A DNA stretch of 64,000 bases from Coraliomargarita sp. (GTDB lineage Bacteria > Verrucomicrobiota > Verrucomicrobiia > Opitutales > Coraliomargaritaceae). The notes beneath the pieces were generated by a model. The model did not search any database, was not told the DNA's origin, and was given only the letters and a program-made list of their open reading frames with translations. Shown here piece by piece: positions 21,968 to 33,306 of this stretch. The stretch is taken from assembly GCA_965216325.1 (NCBI GenBank), contig OZ244160.1:1504001-1568000 (forward strand). The letters are read 5' to 3'. The position numbers and the translations under genes are program-made. The number at the start of each line of letters is the position of its first letter. Positions within the stretch are counted from its first letter, which is position 1.

Positions 21968-23257
21968 CTATACAGTTTCCGTTCTTTGATAGCGACTCTG
22001 CAGGGCCAATCTTTGCCGGTCCGCCATAGCAAACACCAAAGCGATACTAGACGCTTCCACCACACGAAAACCAATGGGCGAAAAAGCGTAATGCCAGAAT
22101 GCATTAAACACAATCACCACTAGAACTCCAAGCAGCGCGGGATAGGAGAGCAGACCAGTTTGAATGAATCGGACATAGAAATATAACAAATAAAGCCAGA
22201 ACAACGCACCGAGAATACCATGCGCAACCCATGCTTCCAGAATCTTTGAATGCGTCGGGATGTAACCAAAACCTCCCTTAGAAACATAGATATCCCGCAT
22301 ATGATAATCTCCCAAAACTTCCAAGGCGTGGATCCAGTATCCCTCATAGTCTAAAGCAAACGAACCATGGCCTAATAGCGGCTTATCCCAAACTGCGATC
22401 ACCCCGCCTACCGCTTCAGGGCGCCCTCTCAATAGGAGTCCCATCGGGCTTTGTGACTGTCGCTCATATTTGACCCGAGCCTTCTCACCTAACATGCCAC
22501 TAGAGGCGGTAAAAGTATACGTAAAATATAATCCCACACAGCCAACGAATCCAATACATGCTGCCAACAACATAGTAGAGAGCTTTAGCCTGAATGTCTT
22601 TGTCTTCCCGTGCTTCAGAAAACCGGTAAAAAACCACAGAATTAAGCTCACCATTATCGCAATCGCTCCAGCAGATCGAGACCCAAGCGCCAAATTCAAA
22701 AAACCTCCCAGAGAAAGCGCACAGCATACCAGACGTGGATAGCGCTCATAGAACCATGCATTAAGTATCGCCAAAAGCGCCACAAATATGTAATTATAGG
22801 TTTCCCCCCATCCATGTCCACGCACATCCCCTGCCACTTCGTCAACAACCAGACTGGACATCTTAAATACCGTAAAGCCTAAGATCACCGAAAAGAAGGC
22901 TCCGATCACGTAGTAACGCCATACCAGCGGGTTGCGCTGAAAAATGAAATATAAGGAATAGATGCACAGCCCTAAAATAATCAGGCGAACAATGCCTTTC
23001 AGCGCAAATTTCGTATAGGTATCATTGATAAAAAAATCAGAGATGCAGGCTGCAAAAATCCACAAGCCCAAAAGCACAAAGACCGTCTTCAACTGGCTAT
23101 TCCTCAGGCTATGCCCAGTAAAAAAGAAATAAGGCGCCATTGCCGATAAAAACACCTCTGAAAATGACAAGTGCGTAATGCCAATATTGACCTGCGTCAC
23201 CGCACCTAAGCCACAGACAAAGGCCAGCAAATTATGGTGAAGGGGTGAAATCCGCAT
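21968..23257 (-). CDS. wzy: O-antigen polymerase/ligase family membrane protein (Wzy-like)
   Basis: About ten TM segments, GSRS, PLLGHGS and THS motifs; adjacent to wzx. Confidence 0.7.
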   Translation of the reverse strand: MRISPLHHNLLAFVCGLGAVTQVNIGITHLSFSEVFLSAMAPYFFFTGHSLRNSQLKTVFVLLGLWIFAACISDFFINDTYTKFALKGIVRLIILGLCIYSLYFIFQRNPLVWRYYVIGAFFSVILGFTVFKMSSLVVDEVAGDVRGHGWGETYNYIFVALLAILNAWFYERYPRLVCCALSLGGFLNLALGSRSAGAIAIMVSLILWFFTGFLKHGKTKTFRLKLSTMLLAACIGFVGCVGLYFTYTFTASSGMLGEKARVKYERQSQSPMGLLLRGRPEAVGGVIAVWDKPLLGHGSFALDYEGYWIHALEVLGDYHMRDIYVSKGGFGYIPTHSKILEAWVAHGILGALFWLYLLYFYVRFIQTGLLSYPALLGVLVVIVFNAFWHYAFSPIGFRVVEASSIALVFAMADRQRLALQSRYQRTETV

Positions 23258-23278
23258 AATGTTATGAGAGCGCCAAAA

Positions 23279-24700
23279 TTAACTGCGTCGGCCACGCAAA
23301 GCTAACAGTTGAGATTGAAACAACTGCACACTGTCAAAACGCATTATCCACGCGTAACAACTATAAACCATCGCTCCAACAAGAATCTCTAAAAGCAACG
23401 GCCCCCGCATCCATGCAACAATGCCATACATCAGCGCTGCGGCAGCAAAAGGTCGCGAGCTATCGCGAAAAAATGCGCGGTGCCCATAGCCAACCACACG
23501 TTTAGTCACTATCCGAGAAAAGACTGCGCCAATAAGCAACGAAGCCACCTGCCCCAATACAATCGCCGCCAAGCCGTAGTGATACGTAAGAAAGAGCACG
23601 ATAAATTGCACCAGCTTCGTAAACAATCCGACTTTGAAGAGCAATCCAGTTTGCCCCTTTGCCACAATTGCCTGCAAGTTCAAAATACCCACCACGTATA
23701 CAAACCCACCCACACACAGAGCACTCAGCAATGGCCCCACATCTGTCCACTGCGATCCCAACAGAAAGGGCACAAGTGCTTCGGAAGTGACTGCCACCCC
23801 CACCAAAATCGGAGTCATGACCTCTAACATCAAACGCATTGCCTTACGTAATGCGCTCAAGAATGCCGCAGGGTCATCCTGCAGACGTGAAAGCACCGGT
23901 AAGCCCACGCGCGCGACAACCCCTGAAATCGATAAAACAGACACCTGTTGCAGTGCCATCGCTCGATTATAATAGCCCAACTGTGCAGGCGAATACACCG
24001 ATCCGACTACAAAGACATAAATCTGTCTTCCCAGTTGGTCCAAAAACTGAAGGCCAATCAGCCCCACCGAGAAGCGCAGAAAGGAACGCATGACATTCGG
24101 GTCAAACGTAAGCGCAGGCCGCCACCGAGTGGCGATCCATGCAAATATCAATCGCGCGGCTGCCAACGCAACATGATGCCAGACCAAGGCCCAGACTCCA
24201 TAACCGGACAGCGCTAGGCTAACCCCAACAGCACCACCAAACAATAAAGCAGGCAAATTAATCAAAAAAACCTGCCGAAAAGCCATCTCCCGATAGAGAC
24301 GAGACAGCTGTATGTTATTGCTTGCGCCCAAAATCAGCACCAAGCCAGTCACACGAATCACACTCGCCAGCTCAGGCATTGCAAACCAGGCCGCCAATGT
24401 TGGCGAAACTCCACAGAGCACTAGATACGAACAGAACGCCGCTCCTGCGCTCATCCAAAAAGCAGTTGAGACATCACGCTCATTTAAGCCCTGCTTTTGA
24501 ATAACCGCATCCACTAAGCCAGCTCCCACTAGCACATTGGTAAATTGATTGAGAGATAGCGCAACCGCGACCAATCCAAAATCAGCTGGCAGCAAGAGGC
24601 GAGCGAGCACAAGCTGAACGATAAACTGCAGTCCCTGTCGTCCAAAATTATCTAGGCCATTCCAAATACCGCCCGACAATGCTTGCTTCCCTACACTCAA
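23279..24700 (-). CDS. wzx: Polysaccharide flippase (WzxC-like)
   Basis: LARLLLPADFGLVA, LGYYNRA, multiple TM segments. Confidence 0.88.
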   Translation of the reverse strand: MSVGKQALSGGIWNGLDNFGRQGLQFIVQLVLARLLLPADFGLVAVALSLNQFTNVLVGAGLVDAVIQKQGLNERDVSTAFWMSAGAAFCSYLVLCGVSPTLAAWFAMPELASVIRVTGLVLILGASNNIQLSRLYREMAFRQVFLINLPALLFGGAVGVSLALSGYGVWALVWHHVALAAARLIFAWIATRWRPALTFDPNVMRSFLRFSVGLIGLQFLDQLGRQIYVFVVGSVYSPAQLGYYNRAMALQQVSVLSISGVVARVGLPVLSRLQDDPAAFLSALRKAMRLMLEVMTPILVGVAVTSEALVPFLLGSQWTDVGPLLSALCVGGFVYVVGILNLQAIVAKGQTGLLFKVGLFTKLVQFIVLFLTYHYGLAAIVLGQVASLLIGAVFSRIVTKRVVGYGHRAFFRDSSRPFAAAALMYGIVAWMRGPLLLEILVGAMVYSCYAWIMRFDSVQLFQSQLLALRGRRS

Positions 24701-24709
24701 GATAACTGA

Positions 24710-25699
24710 TCAATTAGTCAGTGGAAACACCTTACACACCGAGCGCTTCGTAAATTGCTCCATTAGACCAGTGGCACGCTGTTGCCAACTAGGGCACGTA
24801 TAGTCTATAGAAAAATCAAAATCTGGACAATGTTCCAAAATACCAGCTTTAAAGGCACTCATATCAACACCAACCCCAGCCTTTTTCGCTTTTTGGCATA
24901 CCATCCAACACATGCGCCCTGCTGCATATAAAGCCTCCCTACATACAGCAGCATCCAAAGGTACCCCCGTATTCTTAGCATCCTCGAAGCTAAGTAAAAC
25001 AGGTAAAAAACTACTACCGTAAACATGCTCCCATTCCGCATGCTTGAATGCAATTTTACTCCAATTACCTCCATGCTGCCTATAGCAAGCAAGCGCTTCG
25101 CCATAGTAATAGAGCCCACCATGCATAGACATTCGCAGATTCAAGTACCAATCGCCGGAGCGGAGTGCATCAGATTGATACAAACTGCCAATTTTTCTAA
25201 TATCACTCATCCGATACAGCAACCCCGCTGCACACAGAAAATTCCGCCCCAACAACTTGTAGAAAAAGTCTAATTGAGATAGCTCATAGGATTTAGACCT
25301 CATTCGTCCCCATACACGATCATTTTCATCAACATATAGACAACGCGCCGATGCCATACTAAGCGTTTCGTCCCGATCAAGCACTTCGACCATCACCCTC
25401 AAAAAATCAGGTGCACAGAAATCGTCACCATCTTGTCGGTAGAAATAATCTCCATTCAATGCATGCAACTCTCGATCAATCGCTATCGTACCCCTACCAA
25501 GATTCGTTTCATTCTGTATGACTCGCACACGTGGATCATGCTTCGTCAATTCAAGAGCATGCTCGTAACTTCCATCTGTAGAGCAATCATCAATTATCAG
25601 CCATTCAAAATCGCCCATACTTTGCTTGAGCATATAGGCAACATTAGTCTCCAGAAACGGACAATGATTATAAAGTGTTGTTACTATAGAAACTTTCAC
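24710..25699 (-). CDS. Glycosyltransferase family 2
   Basis: KVSIV..YN, IIDDCSTDGS, DGDD. Confidence 0.85.
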   Translation of the reverse strand: MKVSIVTTLYNHCPFLETNVAYMLKQSMGDFEWLIIDDCSTDGSYEHALELTKHDPRVRVIQNETNLGRGTIAIDRELHALNGDYFYRQDGDDFCAPDFLRVMVEVLDRDETLSMASARCLYVDENDRVWGRMRSKSYELSQLDFFYKLLGRNFLCAAGLLYRMSDIRKIGSLYQSDALRSGDWYLNLRMSMHGGLYYYGEALACYRQHGGNWSKIAFKHAEWEHVYGSSFLPVLLSFEDAKNTGVPLDAAVCREALYAAGRMCWMVCQKAKKAGVGVDMSAFKAGILEHCPDFDFSIDYTCPSWQQRATGLMEQFTKRSVCKVFPLTN

Positions 25700-25758
25700 A
25701 GCGACAAATCATACTATAAATAGACGAAGGTGGTAAACCTAAATGAAGGTCTAGAAAC

Positions 25759-26421
25759 CTAACTGTGAACACGAAGAACTTGAGCTGGATTACCAACAAC
25801 CACACCTCCATCGGGAACACCTTTCAAGACCACAGAGCCCATGCCTACTACAGAATATTTTCCGATGGAGACTTTCTCGCGTATAGATGCATTCGTCCCA
25901 ACATGTGTCCCGTATCCGATGCGCACATTCGCCCCAATACATGCATTGTTCGCAATCGACACATAGTCCTCCAAGACAGTGTCATGGCCGAGAAAACTGT
26001 TCGGAAGCAAAATACAATTACTTCCAAGAGTGGTATCCGCACTCAATTGCGCCAATGGACAAATCAAAGACCCTGTACCTATTTTGCAATAGCCTTCAGG
26101 AATCACTGCTGTGGGATCGATGATGCTCAACAAGCGATCTTCCGGAATGCCCAACTGCTCCAACCTAGATGTTGTTTCACGCTCACGAGTCATTCCAATA
26201 TAGGCAATGAATACGTGTGCGTCATGCTTTTTGATCAACTCATGGACATCCTCCGATTTACCAATAACCGGATACTTCCTGAACCTGCCTATCTCAGTTC
26301 CAAAAGGAACAACATCATTAAGGAACCCCAGCATTCGATATCCTCCAATGCGATCTAAAATGGATGATGCGATCATCCCAATCCCACTACCACCCAGCAT
26401 AATTACATTTTTCATAATCAA
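25759..26421 (-). CDS. NeuD/PglD/VioB-like sugar N-acyltransferase
   Basis: N-terminal LGGSG, GFLND; hexapeptide repeats with GHD; GNPA. Confidence 0.82.
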   Translation of the reverse strand: MIMKNVIMLGGSGIGMIASSILDRIGGYRMLGFLNDVVPFGTEIGRFRKYPVIGKSEDVHELIKKHDAHVFIAYIGMTRERETTSRLEQLGIPEDRLLSIIDPTAVIPEGYCKIGTGSLICPLAQLSADTTLGSNCILLPNSFLGHDTVLEDYVSIANNACIGANVRIGYGTHVGTNASIREKVSIGKYSVVGMGSVVLKGVPDGGVVVGNPAQVLRVHS

Positions 26422-26612
26422 TTTTAGTTTTCGGCGCTGCCTTTATCTGCCATCATCAAACGCTACTTCAACATCGCTATAATCTTTATTCTCTGCCCCG
26501 CCGTCATATCAAACCAAGCTACGGCATCCAACATATTGCGTAGGCATCGACGACATAGGTCCGTACCTTGTCCAATTTGCACAACTTCACGCAAGGATTC
26601 ATAGAACGAGAA

Positions 26613-27545
26613 TCAACCTCCATGTTTTCTTTCCGCAAGTGCGATACGCTCAGCCTTAGCCAACACCTTATTCGCACGCTTCAGCATCGGCGGCCCCACC
26701 AACTTCCCATCCAACAAAGTCGTCCCCTGCCCCTTTTCGCTACTTTCACGAATGGCTTCAATAATACGCTTGGCCTCTTCAACCTCCTCACTTGAGGGCG
26801 AGAAGACTTCATTGGCGACATCAATCTGGGTCGGATGCAGCAGCAACTGTCCTGAAAACCCTAATTCACGGGCCTGTTCAACCTCCCTTCGAAAGCCTTC
26901 CGCATTACGAATATCCAGATAAGGCGTATCCAAAACATCGATATGCGCCGAGCGAGCTGCGATCACAATCAACGAGCGCGGCACTATCAAACTGGTCCCG
27001 TGCTCCTTATGCAAACCATCCAGATCGGTGAGATAATCTTCCCCGCCAAAAGCCAACCCGATCATACGCTCAGAAGCGGTGGCAATCTGATGCGCACGTA
27101 GAATCGCCGAACCCATTTCAATAAGGGGCAGCATTTTAAACTTACCAATTTCAAAGCCAAGATCGTGCTCGTACTGGCTCAACAGCTTATCAAAGTAAAT
27201 GATATCGTTTTCATCCCTTACCTTGGTAAACATGAAACCATCCGTGTTGGCATGCAGGGTGGCCTCCAAATCCTTTGTGAGCATTCCCGAATCGATATCA
27301 TTCACACGAATAAAGGTCTGCTGTGGGAATTTATTGGCATCGAGATACTCCCGGACAAACGTCCGCGCATCTGCCTTGCAGGGGGGCGGCACCGAGTCCT
27401 CCAAATCCAGGAGAATGGCATCGGACCGGAAGGAAACAGCCTTATCCAGGAATTTCCTCGTATATCCGGGAACGAACATCGCACTGCGCAAGCTGCCCCG
27501 GGGCGTAGACTGATTAGATGATTCCATAGTGCTTCGCATATTCAA
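26613..27545 (-). CDS. CitE/HpcH-family CoA-ester lyase
   Basis: RSAMFVPG, LDLEDSV, FGGEDY, HPTQI. Confidence 0.85.
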   Translation of the reverse strand: MNMRSTMESSNQSTPRGSLRSAMFVPGYTRKFLDKAVSFRSDAILLDLEDSVPPPCKADARTFVREYLDANKFPQQTFIRVNDIDSGMLTKDLEATLHANTDGFMFTKVRDENDIIYFDKLLSQYEHDLGFEIGKFKMLPLIEMGSAILRAHQIATASERMIGLAFGGEDYLTDLDGLHKEHGTSLIVPRSLIVIAARSAHIDVLDTPYLDIRNAEGFRREVEQARELGFSGQLLLHPTQIDVANEVFSPSSEEVEEAKRIIEAIRESSEKGQGTTLLDGKLVGPPMLKRANKVLAKAERIALAERKHGG

Positions 27546-28350
27546 AAATGTGTTTAAGTTTCTTTAGTTTTGGTGGTGATAAAATTTCTCCACCTTCGGA
27601 AATGTAACCGGTGTCTCCATCGTTATAGGCAAAGAAGGTTTCGCAACGCTGAGCTTGTGCGATTAGCTCTTCGTCTGGTGAGAACACCTTATTGATACAA
27701 ACAATCTGTTGAGGATGGATCGAGAACTTCCCTGTCAGGCCTGTCGACTTGGCCCATACAGTCTCATCGTGCAAACGCACTCCCCCGGTTAAGTCGGTTG
27801 ATATGGTATCGATGGCCTCAACCCCAGAAGCCATCGCCTGCAAGGCAATGTCGGCTTGAACACGCCGGACGAGCCCCTCCAGCTCAGTGGTCTGATAGAT
27901 ACACTCGGATAGAAAATCCTCCAAGCCGAGGCCGATCCCCTTCAATACATTCAATCCGAGGATCGAATTCAACTCCACCAAACCACTGGGACTTTCTATA
28001 AGTCCGATGACGTTCCTTCCAGTTTCAATGCCGTAGTCATCGTATTGCCTCTGCAAATGCGTCCCGGATTCAATTTTTGGCAACACCACGCCAATGTCTG
28101 GAAACCGCCCCAGGAACTCGCGCTCATAGTCCGCAATCCAGCCATCACTGCCATTGAGACGCACGTAAAATCGCGACACTTCCTTCTCCTCATCCAGCCA
28201 ACGAGTGAGAAATGCAAGGGCAACCCGCTTCTCTGCATTCGGGACGGCATCTTCCAAGTCGAAGATATAACGGTCTGCCCCCAGGGCAGCGGAGCGGTCA
28301 AACAACTTCGGCTTATTGGCCGGGATAAAGTGGTATGAGCGACTATGCAT
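27514..28350 (-). CDS. Second, more divergent CitE-family CoA-ester lyase
   Basis: RSYHFIPAN, FDLEDAV, LPKIES, GLEDF, GKFSIHPQQI. Confidence 0.8.
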   Translation of the reverse strand: MHSRSYHFIPANKPKLFDRSAALGADRYIFDLEDAVPNAEKRVALAFLTRWLDEEKEVSRFYVRLNGSDGWIADYEREFLGRFPDIGVVLPKIESGTHLQRQYDDYGIETGRNVIGLIESPSGLVELNSILGLNVLKGIGLGLEDFLSECIYQTTELEGLVRRVQADIALQAMASGVEAIDTISTDLTGGVRLHDETVWAKSTGLTGKFSIHPQQIVCINKVFSPDEELIAQAQRCETFFAYNDGDTGYISEGGEILSPPKLKKLKHIFEYAKHYGII

Positions 28351-28813
28351 TCCGCTTCGGAATCAAGACTCTCCGACGAAATGTCAGAATTTTCTCATCC
28401 CGCTGATTGTAAGCGCGCGTCTCGACATAAACAATACCACGGTCATTCCGGCTTTTAGATTCACGCATCTCAATCACTTCGGTCTCGGCACGAATCGTAT
28501 CTCCGATGTGAACAGGGGCATCATGATTTACGCCTTCATAGGCCAGATTCGCAACCGCTCGTCCGCTAATGTCGGCAACGGTCAAACCAACCACAAGAGA
28601 GAAAACCAACGTCCCAACAACGAGAACCTGACCGTGTTGCGCCTTGCTGGCGTAATCCTGGTCCAAGTGAACCGGATGATGGTTCATGGTAAGTAGTGAA
28701 AAAAGATTGTTATCACTCTCTGTAATTGTCTTGCGGACACTATGCTGGTACACTGCTCCTGCAGCAAAATCTTCAAGGCAACGACCAAATGATATGGCTA
28801 CATTCTTATCCAT
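28343..28813 (-). CDS. MaoC-family (hot-dog fold) acyl-CoA hydratase
   Basis: FGRCLEDF, TITESDNNLFSLLTMNHHPVH, PVHIGDT. Confidence 0.88.
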   Translation of the reverse strand: MDKNVAISFGRCLEDFAAGAVYQHSVRKTITESDNNLFSLLTMNHHPVHLDQDYASKAQHGQVLVVGTLVFSLVVGLTVADISGRAVANLAYEGVNHDAPVHIGDTIRAETEVIEMRESKSRNDRGIVYVETRAYNQRDEKILTFRRRVLIPKRNA

Positions 28814-28839
28814 ATTAGTTATATTATTTATTCTATTAA

Positions 28840-29925
28840 TTAACTTGCAGAGACGACGTCACCAATACTCTCAACATCCTTAGCGCTTAAGTCCAGATAC
28901 AACGGCAAGCACAATATGCGATTAGAGACATCCTCAGAGATTGGCATTGTTGAAGCGTCAACGATGCGCTCCAAAGTATTGACCGAGGGGTAGAAGTAAC
29001 GACGTGGGTATACCTGAATTGCATTCAAAGCCGCTTCCGCCCGAAGTAAGTGTTCTTCCGAATCAAAAAGAACCGGGAAGTAGGAATAATTTGGTTCGCC
29101 CAACTTAAGGTTTTGAAAACCCAGCCCCTGACACTCTAAAAGCGCATTACGATAGCGAAAATACTTCTCCTTTCGATCCCGAAGCACTTCGTCACCATAC
29201 TTCAAGTTAGCAATACCGAGCGCAGCGTGCACTTCGGTCATCTTACCATTAAAGCCATCCTCAACAATCTCTTTAGCCTCATCATGACCGAAGAAGCGGA
29301 TACGCTGAAGCTTTTTATTCAACTCAATGTCGGTTGTAATACATCCCCCACCTTCAGCGGTGTTCAAAAGTTTCGTTGCATGCAGGCTGGTTGCTGAGAT
29401 ATCGCCGAACTCCAACAGACTGCGGTCTTTATATTTAGAACCGACCGCATGAGCCGCATCGTAGATGACCTTCAGATTGTGCTTCCGCGCAATTCCTTCG
29501 ATTGCGTCCACATCACAAGGGTTACCAAATACGTGGACCGGCATAATCGCCACTGTTTTGTCGGTAATTGCGGCTTCGATCTTAGCAGGATCGATATTAA
29601 ATGTATCTGCCTCAATATCGCAGAAAACCGGTGTGCAACCCTCCCACTTGATCGCACTTAATGTCGCAACCCAAGTAAATGGCGTAGTTATGATCTCCCC
29701 TCTCAACTCAAGCGCCTTGATTGCCATCTGAATAGCAATCGTTCCGTTGCTAACAGCGGTGAAGTGTGTAAGCCCGAGCCACTGACACATCTCGCGTTCA
29801 AAGCGCTGTACCATCGGTCCGTTGTGAGTCAAAATTCCGCTAGCCCAGACTTGCTCGAGCAATGCAGCATATTCTTCCAGCGGAGCCAGTGAGGGCTGGG
29901 TCACATAAATGGGCAGATCATTCAT
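28840..29925 (-). CDS. DegT/DnrJ-family sugar aminotransferase (VioA-like)
   Basis: LTHNGP, IYDAAHA, SLHATK (PLP lysine), RRYFYP. Confidence 0.88.
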   Translation of the reverse strand: MNDLPIYVTQPSLAPLEEYAALLEQVWASGILTHNGPMVQRFEREMCQWLGLTHFTAVSNGTIAIQMAIKALELRGEIITTPFTWVATLSAIKWEGCTPVFCDIEADTFNIDPAKIEAAITDKTVAIMPVHVFGNPCDVDAIEGIARKHNLKVIYDAAHAVGSKYKDRSLLEFGDISATSLHATKLLNTAEGGGCITTDIELNKKLQRIRFFGHDEAKEIVEDGFNGKMTEVHAALGIANLKYGDEVLRDRKEKYFRYRNALLECQGLGFQNLKLGEPNYSYFPVLFDSEEHLLRAEAALNAIQVYPRRYFYPSVNTLERIVDASTMPISEDVSNRILCLPLYLDLSAKDVESIGDVVSAS

Positions 29926-29927
29926 AA

Positions 29928-30908
29928 TTAATCGCGAGCTTTGATGAAAACTTCCTCAATCAGACGTGCTTGATTTATATTTTGTAGGTATTCCAATTCC
30001 CGGTCAGTGGAATCTCCGACAAGACCATGAAAATGTCGAAGCATATTCTCGAAATGATTGGCCGGCTCAACAGAGATCACTTCCCTTTCCATACCACACT
30101 CAATAACCAATTCGGCCGAATAGTTGGGAGGTGCGGTGAACAAGCGGTTGGTCGTCAGTCGCCCCTTGCTGCCCCAGAGTTCCAAGCTGCATTGATACTG
30201 CTGATCAAAACCGAATGCGACCTCGGAAAAGAGAGGACCATTCTGTTGTTTCAAGTAGCCCCCCCCCCAGACATCAACCTCGCAATCGTCACCTTTCACC
30301 AGATTAGCCGCAGCCACAGTCAGATCTGAACCGAGAATGATCTGTGATACTTTCAGTGTATAGGCCCCGGCATCCAAGAGAGCACCACCGCCCAAGGCGT
30401 GATCATAGCGAATGTTATCGGCATCGGAAAAAGGAGGAAATCCGAAGGAACTGCGTACACAGCGCAACTGACCAATACGACCAGATTCCAGAATATCCTG
30501 AATGGCCTTTAGCTGTGGGTGGCAGCGAAACTGAAAGTTTTCAACCAAGGCTAGGTTCTTGGAGGCCGCGAGTTGATTCAGGCGGGTAACATCTGTCACA
30601 GTGCATGCGAGGGATTTCTCCACCAACACATGCAAGCCACGATTCAAGGCTTTTTCAATCCACTCCGCGTGCAAACCATTCGGCAAGGGAATATAAACCG
30701 CGTCGAGATCAGCGAACTCAAGTAGTGTCTCGTATCCCACAAATGGAGTGACCCCGAACTGCTCCGCGAATGGCAACGCAGTGGATTCACTTCGACTGGC
30801 CACACCGATCAGCTTGAACAAGTCGGGCAACTGTTGGATAGCTGGAATCACAGAGCGCCGGGCAATCTGCGCACAACCAATAACACCAATATTTAGCGGT
30901 TTCATCAT
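29928..30908 (-). CDS. Gfo/Idh/MocA oxidoreductase, probable NDP-hexose 3-ketoreductase
   Basis: IGCAQIARR, VYIPLP..LH, HVLVEKS, GGGALLDAGAY; next to a 2,3-dehydratase. Confidence 0.8.
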   Translation of the reverse strand: MMKPLNIGVIGCAQIARRSVIPAIQQLPDLFKLIGVASRSESTALPFAEQFGVTPFVGYETLLEFADLDAVYIPLPNGLHAEWIEKALNRGLHVLVEKSLACTVTDVTRLNQLAASKNLALVENFQFRCHPQLKAIQDILESGRIGQLRCVRSSFGFPPFSDADNIRYDHALGGGALLDAGAYTLKVSQIILGSDLTVAAANLVKGDDCEVDVWGGGYLKQQNGPLFSEVAFGFDQQYQCSLELWGSKGRLTTNRLFTAPPNYSAELVIECGMEREVISVEPANHFENMLRHFHGLVGDSTDRELEYLQNINQARLIEEVFIKARD

Positions 30909-30918
30909 AAACTAGGAA

Positions 30919-32340
30919 TTAGACGAAGCGAATGGCAGCAATGAGGCTACGAGCTTGAATGTTAAATACGTTACTAGCGCGTAATAATCCATGGATCTGA
31001 TGGAGCGTCATCCAAACAAAGTTGTCGGGCAGCTCGTCACTGAAGTCATCTTCTGCGAGAACAATACAGTTACGATTATCATCACGGTAGAAACGGCCAC
31101 CCTCTTCCGCCTGAATCGCATCATAGACCAATTGATGCGGCTTTGCATTTAAGACATAGGATTCAAATGGATTATGGTCAATTGGCGCACCATCCGTGCC
31201 GCGACCTTCCAGCGATTGGACCGTCGGAGCGAATTCGAACGCATCATGATTTCCACACTCCATCTTCAATTGTACCGCGAAATGAAGAACTCCTTCGATC
31301 TGTTTGCAGATGAAGGCGCATAAGCCGGCTTGTGCGGGTTCGACCATCGGCTGCGTCCAAGACTGCACTTCCCGCCCTTCAATATTCACATCGACCGCAA
31401 TGACCCGAAAATAGCAACCCGCATCGTGAGCAATTACGGAATCACCAAAAGTCCAGTGCTCCAATTTATCTAACGATACTTTTCGAAGAGATACATCCTC
31501 CGTGCTCTTCAGGTGAGTGAGCCTCGAAATGATTTGCTCGTAGCTGTTAACGGCATGATCCGCTTGTTGGCAAGAAAGGAGGAAACGTTGGTAAATCGGC
31601 TCCGAAGAAGATTGGGCGATCTCCAAAGGGTCTTGCACTGTCCCGAAATGAATGCCTGAAAGCACCGTGCGAGAATCCATATTGATGAGATTGTCATGCC
31701 CCATCAGCACTTTCAACTGTCCGAGGGTGAGCCACTTAAAATTCTCATGAACTTCGATGGGTGCATCAACCCTGATGATGATGTTGCGATTACGCTTTCC
31801 CAGAAATCTAGAGCCTTGTTCCGACTGGAGTTGATCCAGCAATATTTGCTCAGGCTTGGCCTGTTGAAAATACTCCAGATAGAGCGGCGCGCGCCCCTTG
31901 TGTATGCGACTGTAATTACTACGAGTTGCCTGTAAGGTCGGCGAAAGCTGGAAGATATTTGAATTGCCCGGCTCGATCTTGGCCTGCGTCAGGAAATGGA
32001 GCACGCCATCAAACTCTTTAACGATGAAGCCGAGGTAACCAATCTCATTCTGATTAATTAATGGTTGCTGCCAGGTCTTTATCTCCCCCCAAGAGGTTTC
32101 AATCTGATAACCGTCAATCGAGAAGAACTTTCCAGATTCATGTTCGATGGAGCCGGATTTCGTATTGTAGGCCCAACCTCTCAGATCTTTGAAATCGATT
32201 GGTTCGATCTTCGAATAGGTTTTCTCGTTGAGTTCATGCAACCAGCCAATCACGGAATTCAAATCTGTACAGCTGCTTTCAAGCGACTGGGCACTTCGCA
32301 AAAATAATGCTGCGTAGTCTGGACTGACAGCGTGATACAT
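30919..32340 (-). CDS. NDP-hexose 2,3-dehydratase (EvaA-like)
   Basis: Duplicated domain motifs WQQP/WTQP, QLSPTLQATRSN/APTVQ, SEQGSRF/AEEGGRF. Confidence 0.88.
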   Translation of the reverse strand: MYHAVSPDYAALFLRSAQSLESSCTDLNSVIGWLHELNEKTYSKIEPIDFKDLRGWAYNTKSGSIEHESGKFFSIDGYQIETSWGEIKTWQQPLINQNEIGYLGFIVKEFDGVLHFLTQAKIEPGNSNIFQLSPTLQATRSNYSRIHKGRAPLYLEYFQQAKPEQILLDQLQSEQGSRFLGKRNRNIIIRVDAPIEVHENFKWLTLGQLKVLMGHDNLINMDSRTVLSGIHFGTVQDPLEIAQSSSEPIYQRFLLSCQQADHAVNSYEQIISRLTHLKSTEDVSLRKVSLDKLEHWTFGDSVIAHDAGCYFRVIAVDVNIEGREVQSWTQPMVEPAQAGLCAFICKQIEGVLHFAVQLKMECGNHDAFEFAPTVQSLEGRGTDGAPIDHNPFESYVLNAKPHQLVYDAIQAEEGGRFYRDDNRNCIVLAEDDFSDELPDNFVWMTLHQIHGLLRASNVFNIQARSLIAAIRFV

Positions 32341-32365
32341 ATTCGACCCTAAGATGATACGATTC

Positions 32366-33238
32366 CTAGCCTTGTGAAGATTCGGCAACTCGACGCAAAT
32401 ACGCGCCATAACCGGATTTATCTAACTTAGAAGCGATTTGAAGCAACTGCTCTTTATCGATGAACTTTGAAAAATAGGCCACCTCCTCAATGCAGCCGAT
32501 CTTGGTATCCTGACGTTCTTCGATCACCCGTACAAACGTGGAGGCTTCATTGAGCGAGGCGAAGGTGCCGGTATCCAACCAAGCCACACCACGATTCAGC
32601 ACCCCGACCTTGAGTTTCTGACGCTTGAGATAGACCTGATTGACCGTAGTGATCTCGTACTCGCCACGCGCCGAGGGCTCGATGGTTTCGGCGATCTCGA
32701 CCACATCGTTGTCGTAGAAATACAGCCCCGGCACCGCATAGTTGGACTTGGGCTGGGCGGGTTTTTCTTCAATTGAAATCGCGTTCTTCTGCGCGTCGAA
32801 CTCCACCACCCCATAGCGCTCGGGGTCGTGTACGGGAGCGGCAAAGATAACAGCACCCTCGGGGTCCGTGTGCTGGCGAAGCAATCGACCGAATCCGGAG
32901 CCGTAAAAGATATTATCGCCGAGCACGAGGGCAACCTTGTCGTCGCCGATGAACTCCTTGCCGATGACAAAGGCCTGGGCCAGACCGTTCGGTACTTCCT
33001 GCACGGCATACTCGAAACGGCAGCCGAGCTCGGCACCGTCACCAAGCAGGCGCTGAAAGGCAGGCTGATCTTCGGGCGTGGTGATGATGAGGATCTCGTT
33101 GATCCCTGCCAGCATGAGAACGGACAGCGGATAGTAGATCATCGGCTTGTCGTAGATCGGCATGAGCTGCTTGGAAACAGCCAACGTGATGGGGTGGAGA
33201 CGGGTGCCGGCGCCGCCGGCGAGTATGATACCTTTCAT
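32366..33238 (-). CDS. rmlA: Glucose-1-phosphate thymidylyltransferase
   Basis: [37 protein letters not shown]. Confidence 0.97.
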   Translation of the reverse strand: MKGIILAGGAGTRLHPITLAVSKQLMPIYDKPMIYYPLSVLMLAGINEILIITTPEDQPAFQRLLGDGAELGCRFEYAVQEVPNGLAQAFVIGKEFIGDDKVALVLGDNIFYGSGFGRLLRQHTDPEGAVIFAAPVHDPERYGVVEFDAQKNAISIEEKPAQPKSNYAVPGLYFYDNDVVEIAETIEPSARGEYEITTVNQVYLKRQKLKVGVLNRGVAWLDTGTFASLNEASTFVRVIEERQDTKIGCIEEVAYFSKFIDKEQLLQIASKLDKSGYGAYLRRVAESSQG

Positions 33239-33306
33239 AAAATTTAAACCGTTAATTTACATAAATTGACGTTAATATTGAGCGCTCTACTCGTAACCTC
33301 AAGGCA